A stretch of DNA of 63,829 bases, counting the filler, from Octopus bimaculoides (taxonomy: Eukaryota), in the NCBI RefSeq assembly GCF_001194135.2. It is 8 parts of 7 records of this genome, joined end to end, with 100 filler letters (N's around TTAATTAATTAA, not from the genome) between each part and the next. Parts side by side here need not be neighbours in the genome. Positions count along the whole stretch, not along the records: positions 58,945 to 63,829 come from NC_068990.1; 7 more parts are not named here. The stretch is one strand, 5' to 3'. The position numbers and the translations under genes are program-made. Below are positions 63,798-63,829 of this stretch, piece after piece; the first letter of the stretch is position 1; every line of letters starts with the position of its first letter. The notes beneath the pieces were generated by a model that saw nothing but the letters and a program-made list of their open reading frames with translations, was not told the DNA's origin and did no database searches.

Positions 63798-63829
<32 letters not shown>

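Overview
AT-rich, microsatellite- and SINE-dense eukaryotic DNA, most consistent with an octopus (coleoid cephalopod) draft assembly. This is inferred from the tRNA-derived SINE families, Penelope/RTE/R4 retroelements and repeat density, and is not proven. The window is not one locus. Seven identical 100-bp spacers (44 N + TTAATTAATTAA + 44 N) split it into eight pieces (1-13022, 13123-25600, 25701-28860, 28961-34821, 34922-37226, 37327-54792, 54893-58844, 58945-63829), so adjacency across spacers is not evidence of linkage. Three partial host genes are supported by phase-consistent exons: seven internal exons of GBA2 (minus, 15565-25049), three exons of a divergent Cys-loop nAChR/AChBP-like ligand-binding domain (plus, 26303-28448), and the first coding exon of a myo-inositol transporter SLC2A13/HMIT (minus, 33320-33725). 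A fourth, cryptic feature is a decayed, apparently intronless ankyrin-like plus myosin-motor-like reading frame (minus, about 8990-10350). The rest is mobile DNA: Penelope-like elements and hammerhead-ribozyme motifs, RTE LINE fragments (one with a 5' inversion), R4/Dong tails, Helitrons, hAT fossils, a MITE with telomere-like repeats, many SINEs and a ~1.26-kb fold-back. No prokaryote-type system, CRISPR array, rRNA or true tRNA gene was seen. All protein assignments come from manual translation and motif recall, not database searches. Repeat boundaries are approximate unless a TSD or splice site is quoted.
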